From the NCBI GenBank assembly GCA_963822445.1, contig CAWGHO010000003.1:800001-864000 (forward strand): 64,000 bases of DNA. The letters run 5' to 3'. The stretch comes from an uncultured Acidobacteriota bacterium (lineage in GTDB: Bacteria > Acidobacteriota > Thermoanaerobaculia > Gp7-AA8). Under the pieces are notes generated by a model. That model ran no database searches and was not told the origin of the DNA. It saw nothing but the letters and a program-made list of their open reading frames with translations. Within the stretch, counting starts at the first letter, position 1. Every line of letters starts with the position of its first letter. Shown here in pieces: positions 27,139-39,634 of this stretch. Made by a program: the position numbers and the translations under genes.

Positions 27139-29817
27139 TTACTTCAGCCCCTCGGCCCAGTTCACGACGACCGTCACCGCGGTCGGCGACTCGTCGCGCA
27201 GGGGGCGGTTGAGAAGGAAGCGCTTGCCGTCCGCGGATGACCGCCAGCTGCCCGCCGTGCGGAGAGCGGCTTCGAACATCAGCTCAGGCGGGCCGGCGTC
27301 GAACGTGCGGGCGTCCGTGTTCACGGCTACGGCAAAGAACTTGTTGCCGTTGATCTGACGGTAGAAGAGCTCCTTGCCGTCTCGTCTCCACTGGGGCGTG
27401 CCGCCACCGCCGACCGACACCTGCCACTTCTCACCGCCCGTCGGCGGCCAGCGCTGCACGTACACCTCCTCGTTGCCCGTCTCGTTCGAGGTGTAAGCGA
27501 TCCAGCGGCCGTCCGGCGAGAAGCGCGCCTGCCGTTCCTGAAACCCGGTAGTCGCTACCGGCGTGGTCGTTCCCTCGAAACGCGACAGCACCACCACGTC
27601 CATCGCGTTCCGGGTGACCAGGTCGACGGAGTTCATGGCGATCCACTTGCCGTCCGGCGAGACGTCGGTGGGGAACTTGAGCGAGGCCGCCTTGTAGAGG
27701 AGTGCCGGCCCCCCTTCGCCGCTGCTCTTGCGAATGAAGATCTCGCGCGAGGCGCGGTTGTTCTGTTCGGACGAGAAGATGATCTCGCGGTCGTCCGGAG
27801 TCCACACCGGCGAGTCGTCGATCAACGGCTCGAACGTAAGGCGGGTCTCGGTTCCGCGGCCGAGGTCGTAGATCCAGAGGTCGTCGTTGTTGCTTTGCGG
27901 ATCGCGCACGGCGAAGGCCAGGCGCTTCGCGTCGTTGGACAGAGCCAGGGAGCGGTAGTCCTGCGTCCTGCCGATGGTGCTGATCTGCTTCCCGCTCCGG
28001 TCGACCCAGAACAGCTGCGACTCGCTCGAGACCACCCCCTGCTGAAAGGCGATGATCCCATTCGCGGAAGCCGTCACGTTCGCCAGCGCCGCGCTTGGGA
28101 AGAACTGGATGTTGCTGGCGACGGGAATGACGTCGGTTCCCAGCTCGTGGGAGCGCGCGTCGAACTTCTGCGCGACGAGCATCCGATCGCGCACGTAAAG
28201 CAGGTAGCCGGGATCGCTGTAGAAGACGGGGGATTCCGCCGTCGCCAATCGCCGCGGCGGTTTGCCGCCGAGTGAGGACAGCATGATCTCGCCGGTGTTC
28301 GCGCCGCTGCGGGCAAGGTAGAGAAAGTGCTCGCCGTCCGGAAGAAACCAGGGATAGCGGTGCGAATACTCGCCGGAGGCGGTGTTGAATTTCGTCAACT
28401 GAGCCGGCTCTCCGCCGCCGGCCGAGATCCGGTAGAGCGGCGAACGGCTGTTGGTCGTGAAGACGATGACGTTGTCGCGGTTCCACGACCCGCCGCGATA
28501 TCCGCCGGCCCCATTCGAATCGGCCACCGTCTGCGGCGGTCCGCCCATGCTGTCGATCCGCTTCAGCTTTCCGTTGGCGAAGAAAGCGATGTGGCGCGAG
28601 TCCGGCGACCAGAAGGGCATGGCCGCTCCTTCGGTGCCGCCGAGTGCCTGCGCATGGTTGGATCGCAACGGTCGCACCCAGAGCTGCGTGCGCCCGTCGG
28701 CTCCCCGCGCCAGAAAAACGATCTTCGTGCCGTCGGGCGAAAGCGCCATCCCTTCACCCGTTCCGGCGAAGGCGTACTGCAGGTCCTGCGGCGCGGTCAG
28801 CATCAGCTCCATGCGCGCCCGCGGTGTTGCTTTCTCCCGGCGCCACAAATAGCCGAGGACCGCCGCGGAGAGGATCGCCAGCGCGGCGACGGCCCAGGCC
28901 ATCCACTCGCGATGCTTCCGCCGCCCAACCACCGGCGAAGCCAACCCGACCTGCGAGCCACCCTCGGCAATCCACCGGAGTTGCGTGGCGATGTCCGCGG
29001 CGCTTTGCCAGCGGCGGTCGGGATCTTTCTCCAGACACTTGCGGATCAGGTATTCGAGCGCCGGCGGTGTGAGCGGCTGCAAGGTGCTGATGGCCGGCGG
29101 ATCGCGATCGACGATCGCCGCGATGAGACTGGTCTTCGTCTTCCCTTCGAAGGCCTTGCGGCCGGTGGTCATCTCGTAGAGCACCGCGCCGAGGGCGAAG
29201 ATGTCCGTCCGCTGATCTGCCTCGTCACCTTCCAACTGCTCGGGCGCCATGTATTGAAAGGTGCCGAGAATCGTGCCTTCCTGGGTGAGGTTCTTGTGGG
29301 CGGTGGCGAGGTTGGTCAGGCCGCTGAGCGGCTGCTCTTGTTTGAGGGAGAGCTTGGCCAGGCCGAAGTCGAGGAGCTTCGCGCCGCTGCGCGTGAGCAT
29401 GATGTTGCCGGGCTTGAGATCGCGATGAACGATCCCGTGCCGGTGAGCCTTGTCCAAAGCGTCGGCGATCTGGATGCCGTACTCGAAGACCTCGCTGAGC
29501 GGAAGCGGCCCGCGCTTGATCCGCGCGGCGAGCGTGTCGCCTTCGAGGTACTCCATCACCAGATAGTCGATGCCGTCGTGCACGCCGACGTCGAAGAGTG
29601 CGCAGATGTGCGGGTGGGAGAGCTGCGAGACTGCGCGGGCCTCGCGCTCGAAGCGCTCGCGCACGCCCGGGCTGCCGGCGAGCTCGCGGGAGAGGACTTT
29701 GATGGCGACCTGGCGGTCGAGGCGGGTGTCGCGGGCGCGGTACACCTCGCCCATGCCGCCCGCGCCGATCGGCGCAAGGATCTCGAACGGCCCGAGACGG
29801 GTGGCGTTGTCGAGCAT
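27139..29817 (-). CDS. Ser/Thr protein kinase with PD40/TolB beta-propeller
   Basis: Kinase motifs HRDLKPGN, DFG and YMAPE, one TM, then repeated WSPD/SPDG. Confidence 0.95.
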   Translation of the reverse strand: MLDNATRLGPFEILAPIGAGGMGEVYRARDTRLDRQVAIKVLSRELAGSPGVRERFEREARAVSQLSHPHICALFDVGVHDGIDYLVMEYLEGDTLAARIKRGPLPLSEVFEYGIQIADALDKAHRHGIVHRDLKPGNIMLTRSGAKLLDFGLAKLSLKQEQPLSGLTNLATAHKNLTQEGTILGTFQYMAPEQLEGDEADQRTDIFALGAVLYEMTTGRKAFEGKTKTSLIAAIVDRDPPAISTLQPLTPPALEYLIRKCLEKDPDRRWQSAADIATQLRWIAEGGSQVGLASPVVGRRKHREWMAWAVAALAILSAAVLGYLWRREKATPRARMELMLTAPQDLQYAFAGTGEGMALSPDGTKIVFLARGADGRTQLWVRPLRSNHAQALGGTEGAAMPFWSPDSRHIAFFANGKLKRIDSMGGPPQTVADSNGAGGYRGGSWNRDNVIVFTTNSRSPLYRISAGGGEPAQLTKFNTASGEYSHRYPWFLPDGEHFLYLARSGANTGEIMLSSLGGKPPRRLATAESPVFYSDPGYLLYVRDRMLVAQKFDARSHELGTDVIPVASNIQFFPSAALANVTASANGIIAFQQGVVSSESQLFWVDRSGKQISTIGRTQDYRSLALSNDAKRLAFAVRDPQSNNDDLWIYDLGRGTETRLTFEPLIDDSPVWTPDDREIIFSSEQNNRASREIFIRKSSGEGGPALLYKAASLKFPTDVSPDGKWIAMNSVDLVTRNAMDVVVLSRFEGTTTPVATTGFQERQARFSPDGRWIAYTSNETGNEEVYVQRWPPTGGEKWQVSVGGGGTPQWRRDGKELFYRQINGNKFFAVAVNTDARTFDAGPPELMFEAALRTAGSWRSSADGKRFLLNRPLRDESPTAVTVVVNWAEGLK

Positions 29818-29852
29818 GAGGTTGTGGGGGAATTCTACGCCGCGCCCGTCCG

Positions 29853-29882
29853 CCAGATCCCTCGACTTCGCTCGGGATGACA
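29853..29882. repeat. Solo arm of the REP element at 42846-42941
   Basis: ccagatccctcgacttcgctcgggatgaca, 29/30 identical to 42912-42941. Confidence 0.9.
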
Positions 29883-29911
29883 ACTAACCTTCCGCCCAGG
29901 AGAAAGCAGCA

Positions 29912-31048
29912 ATGCCTGAGACTCGTCACATCACCCCGCAGAACGGCGACGTGCTCGTTCTGGTCGGCACCATGAAAGGTGCGTTCATCCTTCACGCGGA
30001 CAAAACCCGGGCGAAATGGGAGATGGGCGGGCCGTACTTTGCCGGCAGCGCCGTGTACGCGCTCGCGTATGACAACCGCGTCGGCCGCAATCGTCTGTGG
30101 GCCGGGCCGGCGAGCATGCATTGGGGCGCGCTGCTGCGCTCGAGCGACGACTTCGGGCGCAACTGGACGAATCCGGAGCAGGCCCCGGTGAAGTTTCCGG
30201 AGAGCGCGGGCGTCGCGCTGAACAACATCTGGCAGGTCGTGCCCGGCCGCGAGAACGAGCCGGACACACTGTATTGCGGCGTCGAGCCGGCGGCGCTGTT
30301 CGTGTCGCGCGATGCAGGCGAGACCTGGTCGCTGTCCGAGGGGCTTTGGAACCATCCGCAACGCGCTTTGTGGCAGCCGGGCGGGGGCGGGTTGTGCCTG
30401 CACACCATCCTGCTCGATCCCGTCGAGCCGGATCGCATCCGTATCGCCGTCTCGACGGCCGGCATGTACGTGACCGAAGACGGCGGCGTGACGTGGCGTC
30501 CGTCGAATAAAGGCGTGCGCGCGGATTTTCTCCCGGACAAGCATCCCGAGTTCGGGCAGTGCGTGCACAAGGTCGCGCAATCGCACCGCAAGCCGGAGCG
30601 GATGTTCCTGCAGAACCACTGGGGCCTTTATCGCACCGACGACCGCGGCGAGACCTGGACCGACATCGCCAACGGCGTACCCTCGGACTTCGGATTCGCG
30701 ATGGTCATCCATCCGCAGGATCCCGATTGCGCCTGGATCGTGCCGCTGGAATCGGATGGGTTCCGCTGCACGCCGGAAGGGAAGCTGCGCGTGTTCCGCA
30801 CGCGCGACGCGGGGCAGAAATGGGAGCCGATGGACGAGGGGCTGCCGCAGAGCGATGCGTACGAGACGGTGCTGCGCGACGCGATGGACGTCGACTCGCT
30901 GAATCCTGCCGGCGTCTACTTCGGAACGCGCAGCGGAAAGTTGTTCGGGTCCGCGGATGAAGGCAAGAGCTGGACGTCGCTCGCCGACGGTCTTCCGCCG
31001 ATCGTGGCGGTGAAAACGGCCGTGGTCTCGATGCCGAAGGAAGTGTGA
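29912..31048 (+). CDS. BNR/Asp-box beta-propeller protein (sialidase-like fold), no signal peptide
   Basis: Repeated SxDxGxxW (SDDFGRNW, SRDAGETW, TEDGGVTW, TDDRGETW, SADEGKSW). Confidence 0.88.
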   Translation: MPETRHITPQNGDVLVLVGTMKGAFILHADKTRAKWEMGGPYFAGSAVYALAYDNRVGRNRLWAGPASMHWGALLRSSDDFGRNWTNPEQAPVKFPESAGVALNNIWQVVPGRENEPDTLYCGVEPAALFVSRDAGETWSLSEGLWNHPQRALWQPGGGGLCLHTILLDPVEPDRIRIAVSTAGMYVTEDGGVTWRPSNKGVRADFLPDKHPEFGQCVHKVAQSHRKPERMFLQNHWGLYRTDDRGETWTDIANGVPSDFGFAMVIHPQDPDCAWIVPLESDGFRCTPEGKLRVFRTRDAGQKWEPMDEGLPQSDAYETVLRDAMDVDSLNPAGVYFGTRSGKLFGSADEGKSWTSLADGLPPIVAVKTAVVSMPKEV

Positions 31049-31329
31049 TGGCGTTGACGTTCGTGATCTCCGGTCCGTTGCGCGAGCTCGCCGGCAATCA
31101 GAGCGAGGTTCGGGTCGATGGAAGCGCGTCGTCGCTGGGCGACGCGCTGTCGTTGCTGTGGAAGCAGTGCCCGGCTTTTCGCGATCGCGTGGTGACGGAG
31201 CGCAATGAAGTGCGGCCGCACATCAACATCTTCGTGGACGGCGAGAGCATCCGCTTTTCGGGCGGCTTCGGAACGCCGGTGCGGGACGGCGCGGAGCTCG
31301 TGATTCTGCCGGCCCTCAGCGGAGGGTAA
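31045..31329 (+). CDS. MoaD/ThiS family ubiquitin-like protein
   Basis: RPHINIFVDGE..TPV..G.ELVILPALSGG with C-terminal diglycine; coupled to the propeller gene. Confidence 0.9.
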   Translation: MMALTFVISGPLRELAGNQSEVRVDGSASSLGDALSLLWKQCPAFRDRVVTERNEVRPHINIFVDGESIRFSGGFGTPVRDGAELVILPALSGG

Positions 31330-31336
31330 CCGGCGG

Positions 31337-32122
31337 ATGACTCCTCCGTTTCTGTACGGCACGGCGTGGAAGGAAAACGAGACCGAGCGGCTGACGCTGC
31401 TGGCGATTCAGAACGGCTTCCGCGGCATCGACACGGCCAATCAGCGGAAGCATTATTTCGAGGCGGGTGTCGGCGCGGCAGTGGCGGGATGCGGCGTTCC
31501 CCGCGCCGAGCTGTTTCTGCAGACGAAGTTCACCTCGCGCGACGGTCAGGATCACCGGCTTCCGTATGACCCGAACGCGGACGCACCGACGCAGGTGAAG
31601 CAATCGTTCGCAAGCTCGCTGGAGCATCTGCGCACGGACTACATCGATTCGTACGTGTTGCATGGCCCATCGCAGCGGCGAGGGTTGTCTTCGCAGGATC
31701 GTGAGGTGTGGCGGGCGATGGAAGAGCTTCCCGTCCGTCATCTGGGCATCAGCAACGTCGCGCTCGATCAGCTCGAAGAGCTCTGGTCGTTCGCCGCGAT
31801 CAAACCGTCGTTCGTGCAGAACCGCTGCTATGCCTCGACCGGCTGGGATCTCGACATCCGCGCGTTCTGCAAGGCGAAGGGAGTCGTCTACCAGGGCTTC
31901 TCGCTGCTCACCGCGAATGTGCGCGAGCTGCGCAGCGCGCCCTTTCAGGAGATCGTGAAGCGTACGGGCCGAACGGCGGCGCAGGTGGTGTTCCGCTTCG
32001 CGCTGGAGGTGGGGATGTTGCCGCTGACCGGCACGACGGACGCTGCGCACATGCGGGAGGATCTGGGGGCGCTCGAGTTCACGTTGTCGGCGGAGGATGT
32101 CGCGCTGATTGAAAAGGTGTAG
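31337..32122 (+). CDS. Aldo/keto reductase
   Basis: YGTAW, GFRGIDTA, FLQTK, DYIDSYVLHGP, GISN. Confidence 0.9.
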   Translation: MTPPFLYGTAWKENETERLTLLAIQNGFRGIDTANQRKHYFEAGVGAAVAGCGVPRAELFLQTKFTSRDGQDHRLPYDPNADAPTQVKQSFASSLEHLRTDYIDSYVLHGPSQRRGLSSQDREVWRAMEELPVRHLGISNVALDQLEELWSFAAIKPSFVQNRCYASTGWDLDIRAFCKAKGVVYQGFSLLTANVRELRSAPFQEIVKRTGRTAAQVVFRFALEVGMLPLTGTTDAAHMREDLGALEFTLSAEDVALIEKV

Positions 32123-32165
32123 TGCCTGCACCACACCACGTCGGCGCTCCTGTCAGAATGCGCGC

Positions 32166-32453
32166 ATGCCTGCTCTGATCATCGTCGACATCGAAGTGAC
32201 CGATCCCGTTCCGTACGAAGACTACAAACGCCTCGCCTCCGCCTCCATCGCCGCGCATGGCGGGCGCTATGTCGTTCGCGGCGGCCAGTCCGAAGTGCTC
32301 GACGGCGACTGGACTCCGCGGCGTCTGGTCGTCCTCGAATTCGACTCCATGGAGAAGGCCAAAGCGTGGCGCGCATCGCCCGAGTATGCGGAAGCGAAGA
32401 AGGTCCGCGAGACCTGCGCGCGCTCAAACATGATCGTGGTCGAGGGCGTTTAG
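32166..32453 (+). CDS. DUF1330 family protein
   Basis: YEDY...HGGRYVVRGG..LDGDW...VVLEF..A.AW..SPEY. Confidence 0.9.
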   Translation: MPALIIVDIEVTDPVPYEDYKRLASASIAAHGGRYVVRGGQSEVLDGDWTPRRLVVLEFDSMEKAKAWRASPEYAEAKKVRETCARSNMIVVEGV

Positions 32454-33149
32454 CCAGAGCCGCCGTACTTCGCTCGCGCCGCGCGCGTTCGGCTCGATGA
32501 TCGATTCCTGCAGGTACCATCGCTCCGCTTCGCGAAGCTTCAGGCCGTGGCCGAGGAAGTGCGCGTGGATGTCGACGAGCCGCAGTGTTGGATGCGCGTC
32601 AGCGATCTGGCGAACGCGCTCGTTGTAATCGCGCAGCCATTCGGCCTCGCGATCCAGACCCATCGCCACGCCGGGTAATCGATTGGTGCCGTCCGAGGGA
32701 TCGTAGACCGTGCCGATGAGGATCAGAGAGAACGGACGAAGCTCGAGCACGCGGCCGATCGCTTTCTGAAGACGCGCGGCGATGGCGGGCGCCGGGTTTT
32801 CGCTGCCCCAGCCGATGGCGCCGAGGAGATCGTTGCCGCCGGCGGTGATGGTCACGAGGGTGTGCTCGTCGTCGCGCGCGATGCGCTCGACCTGGCGGAG
32901 CAGGCTCTCGGTCGTCGCACCATCCGCGGTGAGATCGGTCGCTTTGATCTTCGGCCAGCGCGTTTTCAGATCGCGGCCGTGAAATTCGGGCCAGAGGCGA
33001 TCGTCGTTGCGAACGAGAAGCGATGCGGCGCCGAGCCGATCGGTGCTTGCTTTTCCGGGATGGCGGCGCGCGACGTCGGCCGCGGGGTAGAGGTCGATGG
33101 AGATGCTGTCGCCGAGGGCGATGTAGTGGGTGTACATCGGGGTCGCCAT
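32424..33149 (-). CDS. SGNH/GDSL hydrolase
   Basis: ALGDSIS, DGAT, TAGGNDLL, EPNARG. Confidence 0.85.
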   Translation of the reverse strand: MATPMYTHYIALGDSISIDLYPAADVARRHPGKASTDRLGAASLLVRNDDRLWPEFHGRDLKTRWPKIKATDLTADGATTESLLRQVERIARDDEHTLVTITAGGNDLLGAIGWGSENPAPAIAARLQKAIGRVLELRPFSLILIGTVYDPSDGTNRLPGVAMGLDREAEWLRDYNERVRQIADAHPTLRLVDIHAHFLGHGLKLREAERWYLQESIIEPNARGASEVRRLWLNALDHDHV

Positions 33150-33162
33150 GGTTACATTCGCT

Positions 33163-34016
33163 ATGCCATCCCCTCCGCTGAATATCCTCATCCTCGGCGG
33201 CACCGGCTTCATCGGACCGCATCTCGTTCGCTATGCCGTGGCGCGCGGTCATCGGGTGTCGGTCTTCAATCGCGGCACGACGCTGTTGCCGGACGTCGAG
33301 CAGCTCGCGGGTGATCGCGAGGGGAACCTCGATGCGCTGAAGGGCCGTGTTCATTTCGACCATCTCGGTTTATGCGGACAGCTCGACGGTTGACGCGGAT
33401 GAAGACGCGTCGCTCCTCGACCTACGGTGGCTTGAAAGCGCGTGCGGAGAAGGAGCTGCAGACAGTCTTCCGCGAACGCGCGACCATCGTCCGGCCGGGC
33501 TTGATCGTCGGACCGGGCGATCCGACCGATCGCTTCACCTACTGGGTGGCTCGCATCGCTCGCGGCGGCGAGGTGCTCGCGCCAGGCGATCCGAGCGATC
33601 CCGTGCAGGTCATCGACGTCCGCGATCTCGCGGAGTGGACCGTTCGCCTCGTCGAGCAGAAAGCGTTCGGGACGTTCAACGCCGTCGGTCCTGCGATGCC
33701 GATGTCGATGGGGGAGATGCTCGAAGGCATTCGCGCCGCGACCAACGCCGATGCGCGCTTCACCTGGGTCCCCGCCGATTTTCTCGAGCGCCACGAAGTC
33801 TGGCCATGGGTGGACATGCCGGCATGGATCCCGCCGATCGACTCGAGGGCCGGATTCTCGCGGAGAAGCAATCGGCACGCGCTCGCGGCGGGGCTGACGT
33901 TTCGGCCGTTTGCGGAGACGGTGCGGGCGACGTTGGATGTGAATACGAATGACGTTTTGAAGGCCGAGCTGACTGCGGCGCGCGAGGCGGAGGTGCTGGC
34001 GTCGTGGAGGGAGTAA
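33163..34016 (+). pseudogene. NAD-dependent epimerase/dehydratase pseudogene (two frameshifting deletions)
   Basis: ILGGTGFIG..LKGR in one frame, VFISTISVY..DEDAS in a second, TYGGLK..RPGLIVGP..DRFTYW in a third. Confidence 0.85.
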
Positions 34017-34083
34017 GGATCCCTGATCAAGGACATCGAATGCAGGAGGGCGGCGCAAGGGACCATCGAGGTAGAATTCCCTT

Positions 34084-34314
34084 ATGACGCGCGCGGTCGA
34101 AGAGCTCTACGAAGAGGCCTCTCAGTTACCGGAAGCAGATCGCGCCGAGCTCGCGGGTCTGCTACTCGAGAGTATCGAAGATCCTTCCGACGAGGGTGTC
34201 GAGGAAGCCTGGGCGGCAGAAATCGAAAGACGGCTGGCCGACTATCGCGCCGGCAGAGTCAAAACCATTCCGTGGTCGGCGGTTCGCGCGCATCTGCATC
34301 GTACTGACCGCTAA
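34084..34314 (+). CDS. Addiction module antitoxin (TIGR02574-like)
   Basis: L...DRAELA..LLES..EEAWAAEIERR..YRAG.V.TIPW. TAGAAT 6 nt before the ATG. Confidence 0.88.
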   Translation: MTRAVEELYEEASQLPEADRAELAGLLLESIEDPSDEGVEEAWAAEIERRLADYRAGRVKTIPWSAVRAHLHRTDR

Positions 34315-34616
34315 TGCGGCTCGAGTTCTTCGAAGACGCTGCTGCCGAGATCGAACAAGATCGCGCATGGTACCGCCAGCGCAGTGAGTCAGCAGAAGCA
34401 GGCTTTCTGCGCGAGATCGACCACGCGGTGCAGCAGGTCATCGATGCGCCTGAGCAATGGCCGCCGTATCTCGCCGGCACGCGTCGATACGTGTTTCCCA
34501 CCTATCCTTACTCACTCGTCTACTTCGTTGAAGATCACGTAATCAGAGTTGTTGCGGTGGCGCATGACAAGCGTCGCCCGGGCTACTGGCGAAAGCGGCG
34601 GCTCAAGAGCCGCTGA
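34314..34616 (+). CDS. RelE/ParE family toxin
   Basis: A..EI....WY...A..F...I..P..WP..TRR....YPY.LVY..IRVVAVAH..RRPGYW. TAATG coupling to the antitoxin. Confidence 0.9.
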   Translation: MRLEFFEDAAAEIEQDRAWYRQRSESAEAGFLREIDHAVQQVIDAPEQWPPYLAGTRRYVFPTYPYSLVYFVEDHVIRVVAVAHDKRRPGYWRKRRLKSR

Positions 34617-34679
34617 CTAACTTCTGCCAAGCTCTCATGCGTCGTTTACCGCACCCGCCGGGCAGTACGATGCTTCGGC

Positions 34680-35237
34680 GTGACCTCTACTTCTCCCCAT
34701 ACGAAAGACGACCTCCTCCGCGCCTTTGATCAGCAGGAGGTCGACAGCCTCGCCTACTGGAACGCGTTCGACACGGAGACCTTCTTTCGTCGGATCGGTC
34801 CTACGTGGTCGCCGGCGGAAACGGTGAGGCATCTGAGCAAATCCACGCGGCCGGTCGTGAAGGCATTGAAGATGTCGCGGCTTCTCCTCCGCCTGCTCTT
34901 CGGGAAGGCGAGGCGGGCTTCGATGAGCTATGAGGAGTTCACCACCCGCTATCTGCAGGCGTTGGCGCAAGGCGGTCAGGCTGGGCGATTCGCGCCGTCT
35001 GCACAGTCGCTCGATGATCGCCAGGCGTGGCGCAACGCGATCATGCGCGACTTCACCAACGTGAACGCGCAGCTTCGCGACGCCGTCCAGCGTTGGCCGG
35101 AAGGGAAGCTGGATCGCCTTCAACTTCCGCATCCGCTGCTCGGAAAGCTGACCGTCAGGGAAATGCTGTTCTTCACCCTGTACCACCACGGGCATCACGT
35201 GGCCGTGGTCAAACGACGACTTGTCGTCAGCGCGTGA
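34680..35237 (+). CDS. DinB family protein
   Basis: WSPAETVRHL and HPLLGKLTVREMLFFTLYHHGHH. Confidence 0.88.
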   Translation: MTSTSPHTKDDLLRAFDQQEVDSLAYWNAFDTETFFRRIGPTWSPAETVRHLSKSTRPVVKALKMSRLLLRLLFGKARRASMSYEEFTTRYLQALAQGGQAGRFAPSAQSLDDRQAWRNAIMRDFTNVNAQLRDAVQRWPEGKLDRLQLPHPLLGKLTVREMLFFTLYHHGHHVAVVKRRLVVSA

Positions 35238-36171
35238 ACCGCATCCGGTTGTTCGCGATCTGCTGCAGCTCCGCGGCCGTCAATGGCAGTTTGGTTCGGA
35301 AGATCTCCCAGCCCTGACGGATGCTTCCGCCGGGTGCGCTCAGATCGGATCCGTAGAGGATCCGCCGCGCGCCGACCTGCCGGATGCGCTGCACGACGAG
35401 CGCGGCGTCGGCGGGCGTGATCTCGTCGGTGACGTTCGAGGAGACATCGAAGTAGACATTGGCCATCCGCGGGTCCTTGCGCTCCGCCGCGGCGCCGAAG
35501 ACCGCCATCACCTCGTCGTGCTGAGACGAGTATCCGGGACCTGAGGCGCCGAGGTGGGCGATGACGATCTCGATGTCCGGTGCGGTCGTCACGATCTTGT
35601 CGAGGAAGATCGTCGCGTCCTCAGCGCCGTAATTCGTGCCGCCTCGCGCACGCATGTGGATCAGCACCGGCGCGCGCCGCCGTTGCGCGAGCGCAAACAA
35701 CTCGTGCATGCGCGCGAGATGCGCCGGATCGCGCAGGGTGATGCCCGCATTGCCGAGGTGCACCTTGATTCCGACCATGCCAGGGAGGCCGAGGCATCGG
35801 TCAAGTTCCTCCAAGGCAACGGGGCGGAGCGGATTGGCGCTGCAGAAGCCGATCAGCCGCGGCGCATTCTTCGCGACTTCGGCGGACGTCCAGTCGTTCT
35901 GTTCGCGCGTCAGCCGGTCGGGGTCGCTGAGCGCCTTGCGCTCGTCGGCGAAGCTGTATCCGACGGACAGCACCACCGCCTGCTCGATGCCGGCCGCATC
36001 CAGCTCCTTCACCAGCGCTGCGCCGTCTCTTCTAGGCATTTTCACAATCGGCTCGAACGCGGCGCTGACCAGATGCTGGTGATAGTCGACGAGCGGCGTT
36101 GTGCGCGGGGCGGGAGTTGCCGCGCAAGCGGCAAGCAGGGGCAGGGCGGCGAGGGGAACCGGGATCTTCAT
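35227..36171 (-). CDS. Amidohydrolase family lipoprotein
   Basis: Lipobox LAAC, DYHQH, VLIH, IAHLG, ILYGSD. Confidence 0.85.
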   Translation of the reverse strand: MKIPVPLAALPLLAACAATPAPRTTPLVDYHQHLVSAAFEPIVKMPRRDGAALVKELDAAGIEQAVVLSVGYSFADERKALSDPDRLTREQNDWTSAEVAKNAPRLIGFCSANPLRPVALEELDRCLGLPGMVGIKVHLGNAGITLRDPAHLARMHELFALAQRRRAPVLIHMRARGGTNYGAEDATIFLDKIVTTAPDIEIVIAHLGASGPGYSSQHDEVMAVFGAAAERKDPRMANVYFDVSSNVTDEITPADAALVVQRIRQVGARRILYGSDLSAPGGSIRQGWEIFRTKLPLTAAELQQIANNRMRFTR

Positions 36172-36177
36172 CGGTTT

Positions 36178-36989
36178 TCAGAGCTTCAGCTCGCGGAACG
36201 CGCGCGGCAGGTCGGCGGTGAACGTCACCTTCTGTCCCGTTCGCGGGTGCACGAAGCCGAGGTGTTTGGCGTGCAGCGCGAGTCGGCCGAACTCGTCCTC
36301 GCGTCCTTTCCCATACATCGTGTCCCCGACCACCGGATGACCGGCCTCGGCCAGATGGACGCGGATCTGATTCCGCCGGCCGGTCTCGAGCGTCACTTCG
36401 ATGATCGAGTAGCGGCGCCCCGAGGCGACGGTGCGGTAGTGCGTGACGGCCTCTTTGCCTTCCGCGGGATTGGCCACGCTCCGCACTCGCAGATTGCGAT
36501 CCTCGGCGAGGAACGAACGGAACGTTCCGACCGGCTCGCGCAGCTTGCCGTGGATGATGGCGACGTAGACGCGCTCGATGTCGTGCGTGGCGAATAGCTC
36601 CTGCAGGCGATCGCGGATCCAGCTGTTTTTCGCGAAGACGAGCACGCCGGATGTGTCGCGATCGAGGCGATGCACGTGATGCACGGGGTTCTTCGCATAC
36701 GCGCTGAGAAACGTCTCCGCGGTCTCGTGCAGGACCTCGTCGCTGGGAACGGTGAGCAGCCCTTCGGCCTTGTCGATGACGATGAGGTCCGAGTCCTCGA
36801 AAAGGATGCGCACGCGCGGATCGATCCGCTCGGTTTTGCCGGCGATCTCCACCCGATCGTCGGCATTGATCTCGCGTTTGGCATCGCGCTCCGGCGCGCC
36901 GTTGACGCGGACGCGATCGTTCTGCAGAAGGCCGCGCAGAGTGGTCTTTGACGAATCGGGGAAGCGCTCCTGCAGGACCTCGAGGAGGG

Positions 36990-36993
<4 letters not shown>
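36178..36993 (-). CDS. RluA family pseudouridine synthase with S4 domain
   Basis: VHRLDRDTSG, LETGRRNQIRVH, PVVGD..YG, LALHA. Confidence 0.92.
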
Positions 36994-39614
<2,621 letters not shown>

Positions 39615-39634
39615 ACGGCGCTGAGGATAACCCG

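Noticed and set aside
6026-31329. RadC JAB plus MoaD-like protein as a ubiquitin-like conjugation defence system (Bil/CBASS-like)
   Set aside because: They are about 24 kb apart in different contexts, no E1/E2 is present, and the JAB protein is a typical RadC.
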